Positions 38,853-48,226 are shown, counted from the stretch's first letter. The stretch: DNA of 57,465 bases from Candidatus Aminicenantes bacterium (GCA_011042725.1 DQWD01000338.1:1-57465), one strand, 5' to 3'. The notes: generated by a model from the sequence alone, not told the origin. Numbers and translations are program-made.

Positions 38853-40959
38853 TCTTGTGCTTTCGCTTTTTCTCTTTTAAGGGTAAAGCCAAGACCATTT
38901 TTTGTCGAAAAGGATCGACTAAGGCAATAACCACTTTTATTATATCACCTAATTCATAAACGGGACTGCCTTGGCGCCGCAACACAGCTTTTTCTTTCCA
39001 TCTGACCCGGACTGGGTGAGGGATTTCTTCATAAGGCAAAAACCCGTCGACGAAATATTCATTAAGTTCCACAATTAGACCATCTGGGATAATATCAACA
39101 ATCATGCCCTCTATTTCCTCACCTAACTTGTCTTTAAGTAAGCGGAATATCCGCCAGCGCAGAAGATCTCGCTCCGCCTCTTCTGCTCGCCTTTCTTTCT
39201 CTGAGCAATGATCGGCTATTTCCGAAAGGGGAAGGGGGAGAGGAGGTTGGTGGGCCAACGCTCTTTTCAAAAGGCGATGGACGACCAGGTCCGGGTAGCG
39301 GCGGATAGGAGAGGTAAAATGAGTATAAAGATCTTTAGCCAGGCCAAAATGACCTCTATTCTGCTCGGAATAAACCGCCAGTTTCAGACTGCGGAGGATT
39401 TGAACTTGGACAAACTTCTCTTCGGGTCGACTTTTCACCTCCTCCAACACCCGTTGTAAATCTTGCGAGCGAATCCTTTTGGCGGGAGGCAGGGAAATGT
39501 TGAGATGAGCCAAAATTTTTTTTAACTTATCCATACTTTCTACCGAGGGACTAGGATGGATCCGATAGAGGAGGGGGTATTTTTTCTGGGTCAAAAAAGT
39601 GGCTACTGCCTCATTGGCCGCCAACATAAAATCTTCAATCAAATGATGAGCTTCATTGGTCTCGAAACCGATCACGGCCACTGGCCCCCCCTGTCCGTAA
39701 ATCAACTCCGGTTCGATAAGATCAAAATCCAAACTCCCTTCAGCTAGCCGGGCTTTCCGGAGCAACCGGGCACATTGGCGCATGTCCATCAACATGGGCC
39801 TCAAGGTCTTGTATTTTTGGGTTTCTTCCGGGTCTCCTTGAAAGATTTTATAGACTGAATTATAAGTTAAGCGGGCGGCGGTACGAATGATAGAAGGGAA
39901 AAAATCCGCCTCTTTTATCCTGCCCTGGGAATCAATCCGGAGAATGACCGACATGGTTAATTTATCTTCTTGCGGACGCAAACTGCAGAGCCAATTGGAG
40001 AGCCGTTCGGGCAACATAGGCAGGACTTCTTCGCTGAAATAAACACTAGTCCCCCGTTGATAAGCTTCCTTATCTAATTCGCTGCCTAAGGGAACATAAT
40101 AAGAAACATCTGCGATATGCACTCCCAACAGGTAATCATGTTTATCCCGTTTTAAACTCACGGCATCATCAAAATCTCGGGCTGTTTCCCCATCAATGGT
40201 CACCGTCATCCAGTGACGCAAATCACGCCTTTTCTTCAACTCGGCTGAAGACACCACCGCCGGAATCTTAGCCACTTCGGCCCGGACGGAACGAGGAAAA
40301 GATGTTCTTAAACTATAACGCTCAATAATCACCCGGCGATCAACTCCCGGGTCATCAGGAAAACCGAAAATTTCTTGAAGCTCGCGGGTTTCCCGGTCAA
40401 CAGTAATCAGCATTCCTTCTTGGGGTTTTTCGCCTCGGCTCAACTTAATCGGCCAAGGTTCTTTAACCACCATGTCCACCGGCTGGATAAAGGGTTGGCC
40501 TCCCCGAAGTTGAAATTCTCCGATGAGACGGGATCGTTTCCTCTCGACAATGCCCAGAATCTTGCCTTCCGGCCGGCCACGAGAACCTCTCCTCCAAACC
40601 ATGGCCTCGACTACATCCCCCTCCACTATTCCTTGGGCAAAGCGAGCGGGAATAAAAACATCGCTCCTTTTCTTGTTCTTAGGGATGACAAACCCATATC
40701 CTTTGCTTGAGGTGGTAAAGCGACCTTGCACTACCCTTACTCGAGGATTGAGGAAATATCTCCGTTTCAAACGCATTATCACCTTTTCTCGTTCGAGTTG
40801 GAGCAGAACTTGCCTCAGGTAAGGCCGGTCCTTCGAACCCAAACCCAGTTCACGACTGAGTCGAGTCAAACTAACCCCTTGACCTCGGTTCTGGTTAAAG
40901 ACGCTCAGAAGGCGACGATAAAAGTGAAGATCCGGTTTTTTTTTAGGAATTGAAGTCAT
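38845..40959 (-). CDS. rnr: Ribonuclease R
   Basis: N-terminal HTH, cold-shock domains (KGYGFV), catalytic TIDGETARDFDDA, IEDFMLAANE, HFTSPIRRYPDL and an S1 domain. Confidence 0.95.
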   Translation of the reverse strand: MTSIPKKKPDLHFYRRLLSVFNQNRGQGVSLTRLSRELGLGSKDRPYLRQVLLQLEREKVIMRLKRRYFLNPRVRVVQGRFTTSSKGYGFVIPKNKKRSDVFIPARFAQGIVEGDVVEAMVWRRGSRGRPEGKILGIVERKRSRLIGEFQLRGGQPFIQPVDMVVKEPWPIKLSRGEKPQEGMLITVDRETRELQEIFGFPDDPGVDRRVIIERYSLRTSFPRSVRAEVAKIPAVVSSAELKKRRDLRHWMTVTIDGETARDFDDAVSLKRDKHDYLLGVHIADVSYYVPLGSELDKEAYQRGTSVYFSEEVLPMLPERLSNWLCSLRPQEDKLTMSVILRIDSQGRIKEADFFPSIIRTAARLTYNSVYKIFQGDPEETQKYKTLRPMLMDMRQCARLLRKARLAEGSLDFDLIEPELIYGQGGPVAVIGFETNEAHHLIEDFMLAANEAVATFLTQKKYPLLYRIHPSPSVESMDKLKKILAHLNISLPPAKRIRSQDLQRVLEEVKSRPEEKFVQVQILRSLKLAVYSEQNRGHFGLAKDLYTHFTSPIRRYPDLVVHRLLKRALAHQPPLPLPLSEIADHCSEKERRAEEAERDLLRWRIFRLLKDKLGEEIEGMIVDIIPDGLIVELNEYFVDGFLPYEEIPHPVRVRWKEKAVLRRQGSPVYELGDIIKVVIALVDPFRQKMVLALPLKEKKRKHKNG

Positions 40960-41478
40960 TTTTATTTGATTTGTTCTCCTCGAAACATAGGTAATGGGAT
41001 GCTGAAAAAATTTTAATTTTTAATCTCGACTTCATTTATAACAGATTCAATACCAAGAGAAAAGTCAATGGTCAAAATTTATTATCCCCCACCCTAAAAG
41101 AGGCATGGTATCCGAGCCTAATTAAAAACATTGCCAGCCCCATAATTGGCTAAAAATAGCTTTAGTTTCAACCCGCTACCCGGAGGCAAGAAAACCATCT
41201 TGACCTTCGAGACGAAGAAAAAAAATGACTTTCGCTCCCAGGCAAAGTAAGCAGTATTTACTTCCAGGAAATATTTATTAATCGCCATAGGGATTATCTT
41301 CTGGCAGATGGAGGCCAAAATACAACTTGAAAAAATCAGTCTAATGAGTAATCATCTACAGGATGACAAAATCCGGGAAGGCTCCGGTTTCCAAGGATTA
41401 ACTACCAAGAGGCTAGTCATTATCGAGAAAAATGGAGAAAAATATTCACCCTCACCAGCCCAGAAAAGAGGTCTGAAG

Positions 41479-42114
41479 ATGGCCCCACCCCCATGCTCCC
41501 TGGCCTTATTAGCCTCTCTTCTCAAATTCTTGAAGAACTCCTTTGATGACCATTACCTCTTGCGTGAAGTCCCTCAAGTGCGCAGTCAGATCCAAGCTTC
41601 TAAATTCATCATCCGTCATGATGTCCAACGGAATTTACCTTGGGCCCTAACCCTGGCCCAAAAAGAAGCAGAGGCAGGCCTTCGCAGCAGCTTTTTAGTC
41701 GATCTGAATTCGCCTGATTTAGGGGTTCACGAGAGGGAGGCCAAAACCATTTTGCATCAAATTAACGACTTAGAGCATGAGGTCGGTTTGCTGCTTCCTT
41801 TGCCTGAATATTGCCCCCCGGCCAAAACCAGACCAACTAATTTTATCCCCCACCTCTCTATTCTGATTCACCAAATGGAAGAATTATTAGAACAGCCTAT
41901 TTTTTCCCTGGCTTTTCCCGACGAGTCCCTAATGTATCCCGAACAATCCTATTTCCTGGCAACCAAAATATGTGCTTCCTCAGCTTTTTTAAGCCAGTGG
42001 CTGCTTTCTGACCGCCTCCATAACTTGCATCCCCAAGTTTGGGAGAGAGAATTCTCTTCTCCTCCCGACAAAATCCTCCAACTAGTCTTGCACCCTGAAC
42101 TTTGGAGAGATTAA
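41479..42114 (+). CDS. Degenerate polysaccharide-deacetylase-like protein
   Basis: IIRHDVQ..ALTLAQKEAEAGLRSSFLV..LEHEVGLL resembles the LRHDVD..G.RSTYF..GHEIGLH family. ATG 41479 (AAGAGG RBS) is preferred over 41308. Confidence 0.55.
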   Translation: MAPPPCSLALLASLLKFLKNSFDDHYLLREVPQVRSQIQASKFIIRHDVQRNLPWALTLAQKEAEAGLRSSFLVDLNSPDLGVHEREAKTILHQINDLEHEVGLLLPLPEYCPPAKTRPTNFIPHLSILIHQMEELLEQPIFSLAFPDESLMYPEQSYFLATKICASSAFLSQWLLSDRLHNLHPQVWEREFSSPPDKILQLVLHPELWRD

Positions 42115-42157
42115 GCTGGCTCAAGGAGCCGTCCGTACTCGCTTCTCTTTAATATAA

Positions 42158-42501
42158 GAGTTTGTCCCCAAGGGAAGGGAAACAAAATCGAACGAAAGGC
42201 GAAGGAGAAGGTCGGAGCCACATTGAAGATTTAGCCTTCCGGAACCGTCCCTCAAAGGAACCCGACCGCCTCGGGTGCCGAGCGCCTATTGAGCCCGGCT
42301 CGTTTAAAGTTTTGAAACTCATATTAACTTTGAAACTCATCTTATCAGAGAATAAAGTCCAAAGATTCGAATTGATCGGGCGCAGCTTCGCCGGCGCCGA
42401 GAAGGGCCGTGAAGGAATGGCCTTAAAAATCTCGACCGAAGCGGAGACATTTTCCTTCGCCTTAACGTAGTAACTCATTCCCCTCACTTGGGGACAAAAG
42501 C
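42158..42501. mobile_element. MITE (non-autonomous IS derivative), 344 bp
   Basis: Terminal inverted repeats GAGTTTGTCCCCAAGGGAAGGGAA vs GCTTTTGTCCCCAAGTGAGGGGAA (20/24 identical), flanked by a perfect 8-bp direct repeat TAATATAA at 42150-42157 and 42502-42509; no transposase. Confidence 0.8.
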
Positions 42502-43148
42502 TAATATAAATAAGGTGAACAATAAGGAATCTTAAATTTATGCCGGAGATACTTAGCCAAAGCCCGGTCAACCAGTTCCTTCATTTTCTGTTTGGATTTA
42601 ATGGATAAAGTAGCTTGCAGTTCGGCCATCACCTGCTCCCGCTCCTCGGCTGTGGCTAACATCACCAGTTGACGATCAATCTTCTCGTCGATCTCTTCCA
42701 ATCCGGCTTCATCCACTTCGTCTTGGTTTAAAACAGCCAGGGCTTCTCGAAAATAGGGGCCTAAGGTGGTTAATCGTTTTTGATGGGGATGCACAAAAGG
42801 GGCAATAATCTGGCGTAGTTTTACTGGCGATCCCCCAGTTTTCTCGGACGACAATCCCCGGCGGCTCTTTCCCAATTGTCTCTCTCGATAGGCTTGGTAA
42901 GCCGCCAACACAAAACGCTCCACCTTGACCAGGCTAAAAGAGCGCCGCGGCTTCTTTTTAACTTGCCAGTAATCCACGGCCCGTTGCAATCCATCTAAGA
43001 CAACCCGCAGCGGAATTTCTTGGCTCAACCAACGGTCGATAAGGTAGATTTCGTGAGGGGTCAAGAGAAGGCTGCTCCGGCGCTGAGTAAGAACAAAGCG
43101 AGCAATTGTCTGGAAGTACTTCTCCCGGTTCGTCCTCTCCGCCGCCAT
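42501..43148 (-). CDS. Conserved hypothetical protein (helical; possible DnaD-like N-terminal module)
   Basis: YFQTI..F...R...LLLTP.E..LI..W...IPL..VL.GL pattern; last gene of the birA-coaX run. Confidence 0.7.
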   Translation of the reverse strand: MAAERTNREKYFQTIARFVLTQRRSSLLLTPHEIYLIDRWLSQEIPLRVVLDGLQRAVDYWQVKKKPRRSFSLVKVERFVLAAYQAYRERQLGKSRRGLSSEKTGGSPVKLRQIIAPFVHPHQKRLTTLGPYFREALAVLNQDEVDEAGLEEIDEKIDRQLVMLATAEEREQVMAELQATLSIKSKQKMKELVDRALAKYLRHKFKIPYCSPYLY

Positions 43149-43169
43149 GGCTCTCGTCCCTGATTCCCC

Positions 43170-43937
43170 TCACCGCCGATTTTTTTCATATAACAACCGC
43201 AATCCATCCAAGACAAGATCTGGTTCGTGGTAAACATTTGCTTTTTCTTGCTTAGAGAAAAACTCCGCCCATCCTCCGGTCATGACGACTTTGGTGGTGG
43301 GGCCCAAGACCTGTTTCATCTCTCTTAATATGCCTTCAACTAGCCCTTGATACCCATAGAAGAGACCGGCTTGCATACTCCCTTCAGTTGTTTTGCCAAT
43401 GACAGAGGCTGGCTGGCGAATTTCAATGCGAGGTAATTTAGCCGTTTTCTCATATAGAGCCTGCGCCGCCATTTCAATACCCGGAGCAATAGCCCCTCCC
43501 AAATAATCTCCTTGAGGTGAGATGGCATCAAAGGTCGTGGCTGTCCCAAAATCCACCACCACGAGGGGTCCCCCATACTTATGGAAGGCAGCCACAGCGG
43601 CCACCACTCGATCAGCCCCCACCTCTTGAGGATTCTCATAAAGAATAGCCATGCCTGTTTTTAGACCGGGGCCCACTACCAGAGCTCTCTTTGAAAATAG
43701 CTGGCGAGTGACCTGCTGAAAAATGGGGGTAAGAGGGGGGACAACACTGGAAATAATAGCCCCTTCAATATCTTCTTCTTTTATCTTGGCCCATGTTATT
43801 AAATCCAGAAGAATTAGCGCATATTCATCAGCTGTTTGCTCGGAATCACTATGAATGCGCCATTTCTTTAGCAATTTATCTTGTTGAAAAACCCCTAAAC
43901 TAATACTGGTATTCCCAATGTCAATAGCTAAAATCAT
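43170..43937 (-). CDS. coaX: Type III pantothenate kinase
   Basis: LAIDIGNT, ISSVVP, EVGADR, VDFGTATT and GGAIAPG motifs. Confidence 0.96.
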   Translation of the reverse strand: MILAIDIGNTSISLGVFQQDKLLKKWRIHSDSEQTADEYALILLDLITWAKIKEEDIEGAIISSVVPPLTPIFQQVTRQLFSKRALVVGPGLKTGMAILYENPQEVGADRVVAAVAAFHKYGGPLVVVDFGTATTFDAISPQGDYLGGAIAPGIEMAAQALYEKTAKLPRIEIRQPASVIGKTTEGSMQAGLFYGYQGLVEGILREMKQVLGPTTKVVMTGGWAEFFSKQEKANVYHEPDLVLDGLRLLYEKNRR

Positions 43938-44707
43938 GCGAACCCTCCTTTTCCTTTCCCCGAACGATAGCGAAGCGGATCCATTATTTCCCCCGAAGAA
44001 AAAGCTTTCGTGGCCCCCTTTGTTTTGACCACCAAGCGACCGTATCGATCAAGCCCTAAAAACTTGCCGGTAATTTTTTCCTTGGCTGTCTCAATGATTA
44101 TAGTTTCCCCGGGCTGAAACAGGCTTAATCTTTCCACGGTTTTCAAAATAGGTTCTTCACCTTGAACCTTCACCAGATTATACCATCGATTTAGGGCGGG
44201 AAATATTTTGCTTGCCAGATACTCAGGAGAAAATTCTCGATGGAGAATCATTTTCAGAGAAACGGCCGTATTCTGCAAAAAGGAAGGAAAATCCTCTCGC
44301 GCTTGATTCAAGTTCAAACCAATCCCCAAGATGACATAACTTAACCGTTGCCCGGCAAAAGAACTTTCGCTAAGGATGCCCCCTAATTTTTTCTCTTTCC
44401 AGATCAAGTCATTGGGCCACCGAATAAGAAGAGGCAAAGAATACTCTTCGGAAATGGCCTCCACCACCGCTACTCCAGCCAACAAAGGAAAAAGAGAGCT
44501 TTCTTGGGCAGGGCGAAGCAACACCGAAAGATAAAGCCCCATTCCCGGTGGTGAAAACCAGGTCCGGCCTTTGGTTCCCCGGCCGGCAACCTGTTCCTCT
44601 GCTAACACCGCAACCCCTTCTTCCTCTCCCCGTTCGGCTAGTTCCCGAAGGACATCATTGGTGGAAGAGCAAGAAGGAAGTCGAATTACTTTTTTCCCTA
44701 ATTCCAT
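43934..44707 (-). CDS. birA: Biotin--[acetyl-CoA-carboxylase] ligase (no DNA-binding HTH)
   Basis: SSTND, QVAGRGTKGRTW, RWPNDL, KLGGILSE and GIGLN motifs. Confidence 0.94.
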   Translation of the reverse strand: MELGKKVIRLPSCSSTNDVLRELAERGEEEGVAVLAEEQVAGRGTKGRTWFSPPGMGLYLSVLLRPAQESSLFPLLAGVAVVEAISEEYSLPLLIRWPNDLIWKEKKLGGILSESSFAGQRLSYVILGIGLNLNQAREDFPSFLQNTAVSLKMILHREFSPEYLASKIFPALNRWYNLVKVQGEEPILKTVERLSLFQPGETIIIETAKEKITGKFLGLDRYGRLVVKTKGATKAFSSGEIMDPLRYRSGKGKGGFA

Positions 44708-44872
44708 CCCAATTCCCTTGATTCCTTTTGCTTCCTCTGAATAACAAGCAAGATAGTTATCTTTTGCCCTTTAAGAAAAATAACAACGCCAACCTACATC
44801 CCCTCGAAGATCCTTAACGACTCTTGTCTCGGCAACAATTGGGGCCTGCCCCCCTATTTAAGGAAGCACCGC

Positions 44873-47536
44873 CTACTTAGCGTGATCCTGGAGGTGACGG
44901 AGAGCTTGCAGGTGTTCCTGCATTTTCATCTCTTTTTGCTGGAGCCCAGCTAATCTTGACTTCGTTTCGGCCACAACTTCTTGAGGGGCTCGTTCGACAA
45001 ACTTTTTCGCTTGGAGGCGCACCTGGAGCTTCTCTTTGTCTTCCCTAATCTTTTTCAACTCTCGCTCCAGACGAGCAACTTCTTTGGCTAGATCAATTAA
45101 GCCTTCCTCAACTAGAATGCCCACTTCCCATTTCCCGGCCAAACCTTTTAAAAATTTATGGGCCTTGGGAAACTCAGTTACCAACTGCATTTCCTTTAAT
45201 TGAGCCAGATGATAAATTTCTTCTCTATTGTTCTCCAATAATATTTTATCTTGGGGATGAGCAATTTTCACCCAAATACTTACTTTTTTCCTGAGGGGAA
45301 TCGTATTTTCCGCTTTAATTGTCCTCACGGTGGTAATTAATTCCTGGACTTGAGTCATTTCTTGTTCGGCTTGCTCATCAATCCAATCATCTCGCTGCTC
45401 TGGAAACGAGGCGCCCAATAAGGACTTCCCACTCCCGGGGAGGTATTGCCAGATTTCTTCCGTCACAAAGGGCATAAAAGGATGCAGAAGCCTCAAGGTC
45501 AAATCGAGCATCGTCACCATCGTTTCTCTCGTTTTCTCATTTCCTTTAGCCAGGGCTGGTTTCACCATTTCCACATACCAATCACAAAATTCATGCCAGA
45601 TGAAATGATATATGCGGTTGGCCGCTTCATAAAATTTATAGGCGGCCAAGGCATCATTGATTTCCCCGGCGATGCGAGACAACCGACTTTTAATCCATCG
45701 ATCAGCTAAAGTCTCTTCCCTTATATCCCCAGTGCCTTCTCCTAAGTTTAGAAGAACGAAGCGAGCGGCATTCCAGATTTTATTGACAAAAGCCCGATAG
45801 CCGGCCATTCGTTCCTCGGAAAGAGAGATGTCCATGCCCGGAATAGCTAGGGCGGCCAGAGTAAAACGCAGGGCATCCGTGCCATATTTTTGGGTCATTT
45901 GCAAGGGATCAATAATGTTACCTTCTGATTTACTCATCTTGCGTTTTTTGAAGTCACGGACCAACCCGTTGATAAACACATCCCGAAAGGGGATGTCACC
46001 CATAAATTTAAGTCCCATCATGATCATTCGGGCCACCCAGAAGAAAATGATATCAAAGCCAGTGGCCATTAAATCCGTGGGATAAAAAACCCGCAAATCT
46101 TCGGTCTCCTCCGGCCATCCCAATGTCCCGAAAGGCCACAAAGCCGAACTGAACCAGGTATCCAAGATATCCTCGTCTTGGACTAGGCGACGACTATGGC
46201 AACGAGAACATTCTTGGGGCTCTTCTATTTCGACTATTACTGCCTGGCAATCCTGGCAATACCAAGCTGGAATTCGATGCCCCCACCATAATTGGCGAGA
46301 AATACACCAATCGTGAATGTTATACATCCACTCAAAATAAGTCTTAGCCCAATTAGGCGGCACAAATCTAATTTTGCCTTCTTCCACTACCTTGATAGCC
46401 TCTTGGGCCAAGGGCCCAATTTTTACAAACCACTGCCAAGAAAGATGGGGCTCAATGATGGTTTTACAACGATAACAATGACCAACAGCATGCTGATAGT
46501 CTTCCTCTTTGACCAGGAACCCTTCTTCACGTAGTCGCCGGAGCACTTTCTGGCGGCATTCGAAGCGGTCCAATCCCTGAAACTCTGGACCGGCCTCGGC
46601 TGTCATCTTGCCCTGACTGTCAATGACAATGATTTGGTCTAATTTGTGTTTCTTACCAAGCTGAAAATCGGTGGGATCATGGGCTGGAGTTACCTTAACT
46701 GCTCCGGTTCCAAAATCCATCTCCACCGTTTCATCGGTGATCACGGGCAGGATTCGATTTTGGAGAGGTAAAAGAACTTTCTTGCCCTTAAAATTTTTAT
46801 ACCTTTGGTCCTCAGGATGAACAGCCACGGCTGTATCCCCCAGCATGGTTTCTGGCCGGGTGGTGGCGACAATAATACTTCCTTCTTCCTCGGTCAATGG
46901 ATAGCGAATGTAATACAATTTTCCCGACAGCTCCTTATGCTCTACTTCGATATCCGAAAGCACCGTCCCACACCGGGGGCAATGGTTGACCAAATAATAA
47001 TCGCGATAAATTAAACCTTCCTTATAAAGCCGAACAAACACCGTCCGCACTGCCCGGGAAAATCCTTCATCCATCGTGAACCGCTCTCTTGACCAGTCCA
47101 AGGAAAAGCCCATTTTCTTTAATTGTTTAGTGATCACACCGCCGTATTTCTCCTTCCACTCCCAAGCGATTTTCAAGAATTCCTCTCGCGAGAGATCGGT
47201 CCGAGAAATCCCTTTCTTTTTTAACTCCTGCTCGATGACATTGTGGACGGCAATACTGGCGTGATCAGTTCCTGGCAACCAGAGAACATTAAACCCTTTC
47301 ATTCTTTTCCAGCGGGCGATAATGTCGGGAAGGGTGAAACATAAGGCATGCCCCATGTGCAGGGAACCAGTGACATTGGGGGGAGGAAGAACCATCGAAA
47401 ACTTAGGTTTGGAGGAATGAGAATCACCCTGAAATAATCCTTCCGCCACCCAAAAACCGGCCCATTTTTCCTCAACTGGCTGGGGATCATAGGTTTTGGA
47501 TAAAATTGCTTTCTTGTCTAACTTTCTTGTGTTCAT
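44873..47536 (-). CDS. valS: Valine--tRNA ligase
   Basis: PPNVTGSLHMGH (HIGH), WCISRQLWWGH, DTWFSSALWP, KMSKS and a C-terminal coiled coil. Confidence 0.97.
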   Translation of the reverse strand: MNTRKLDKKAILSKTYDPQPVEEKWAGFWVAEGLFQGDSHSSKPKFSMVLPPPNVTGSLHMGHALCFTLPDIIARWKRMKGFNVLWLPGTDHASIAVHNVIEQELKKKGISRTDLSREEFLKIAWEWKEKYGGVITKQLKKMGFSLDWSRERFTMDEGFSRAVRTVFVRLYKEGLIYRDYYLVNHCPRCGTVLSDIEVEHKELSGKLYYIRYPLTEEEGSIIVATTRPETMLGDTAVAVHPEDQRYKNFKGKKVLLPLQNRILPVITDETVEMDFGTGAVKVTPAHDPTDFQLGKKHKLDQIIVIDSQGKMTAEAGPEFQGLDRFECRQKVLRRLREEGFLVKEEDYQHAVGHCYRCKTIIEPHLSWQWFVKIGPLAQEAIKVVEEGKIRFVPPNWAKTYFEWMYNIHDWCISRQLWWGHRIPAWYCQDCQAVIVEIEEPQECSRCHSRRLVQDEDILDTWFSSALWPFGTLGWPEETEDLRVFYPTDLMATGFDIIFFWVARMIMMGLKFMGDIPFRDVFINGLVRDFKKRKMSKSEGNIIDPLQMTQKYGTDALRFTLAALAIPGMDISLSEERMAGYRAFVNKIWNAARFVLLNLGEGTGDIREETLADRWIKSRLSRIAGEINDALAAYKFYEAANRIYHFIWHEFCDWYVEMVKPALAKGNEKTRETMVTMLDLTLRLLHPFMPFVTEEIWQYLPGSGKSLLGASFPEQRDDWIDEQAEQEMTQVQELITTVRTIKAENTIPLRKKVSIWVKIAHPQDKILLENNREEIYHLAQLKEMQLVTEFPKAHKFLKGLAGKWEVGILVEEGLIDLAKEVARLERELKKIREDKEKLQVRLQAKKFVERAPQEVVAETKSRLAGLQQKEMKMQEHLQALRHLQDHAK

Positions 47537-47593
47537 CACTGTTGTTTCCTTTAGATTTTATATTTTACCAGGAATCGGCAATTTTTGCTTGGC

Positions 47594-48169
47594 TTATGGT
47601 TCTCTTTTGGAGGTCAACCTCGTTTCCAACCATTTCATCAACTCTGCTTTCAATCGCCCCCCAATTCTCTTTTCTAGCTCTCTCTCCATCGCTGCAACCT
47701 CCTCTTCCAAAAGCTTTCTAATGTTCCGCCTGTTGGACATCATCTCGGGTTTATCTTCCGGGACTTCTTCTGGTTCTTCAGGCAAATCCTCGGGCAAATA
47801 TCGATCGCCAAGTAAACGGCGAACCTTGGCCACTAACTCCAGGGAAGAAATAGGCAGTTCAATCATTGTCTCTATGGCAACTTGGTTGGCTTTGGGCTGG
47901 TCCACCTCATCAAATGGTCCCTTGTAGACGATTAAGGCTGTCTTCGGGGCTAGATCTTCCTCTCGGAACCATTCAGCCAGCTGATAACCATCTTTGCCCG
48001 GCAAGGAAAGACGGCAGAGGGTTAAATCTGGGGGGCTTTTCTTTATTGCCTCCTGCAAATCGTGACCATCGGAAAAAAAATGAAGAATAAATTCCTCAGG
48101 AGGAAAAGTCATCTCTAACCAAGACCTGATCACTGGGCTTTTTTCTCCAATCATTAACCGGTAAGCCAT
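47594..48169 (-). CDS. Atypical (pseudo-)receiver domain protein with acidic linker and helical C-terminus
   Basis: Receiver pattern PDLTLCRLSLPGKDGY..KP-like loop, but the phospho-acceptor Asp and the acidic pocket are missing. Confidence 0.75.
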   Translation of the reverse strand: MAYRLMIGEKSPVIRSWLEMTFPPEEFILHFFSDGHDLQEAIKKSPPDLTLCRLSLPGKDGYQLAEWFREEDLAPKTALIVYKGPFDEVDQPKANQVAIETMIELPISSLELVAKVRRLLGDRYLPEDLPEEPEEVPEDKPEMMSNRRNIRKLLEEEVAAMERELEKRIGGRLKAELMKWLETRLTSKREP

Positions 48170-48198
48170 GCCTTGCCTCCACCAAAAACCGTGATTGT

Positions 48199-48226
48199 AT
48201 TATCACTTTTTTTCTTCTCGTGTCAA
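48199..48226 (-). promoter_or_regulatory. sigma70 promoter for the receiver-domain gene
   Basis: TTGACA-N16-GATAAT upstream of a GGAGG RBS. Confidence 0.55.

Noticed and set aside
40962-40988. uORF MFRGEQIK just upstream of rnr
   Set aside because: Eight codons with no SD; the resemblance to the MraZ N-terminus is too short to mean anything.
42311-42340. Repeated GTTTCAAA/TTTGAAAC motif resembling CRISPR repeat ends
   Set aside because: Only two 12-bp copies 18 bp apart, with no spacer-length gap and no cas genes; it is internal to the MITE.
42149-42571. ORFs 42149..42571 (-) and 42162..42470 (+)
   Set aside because: They run across the non-coding MITE, have no transposase motifs or RBS, and one overlaps the real upstream gene.
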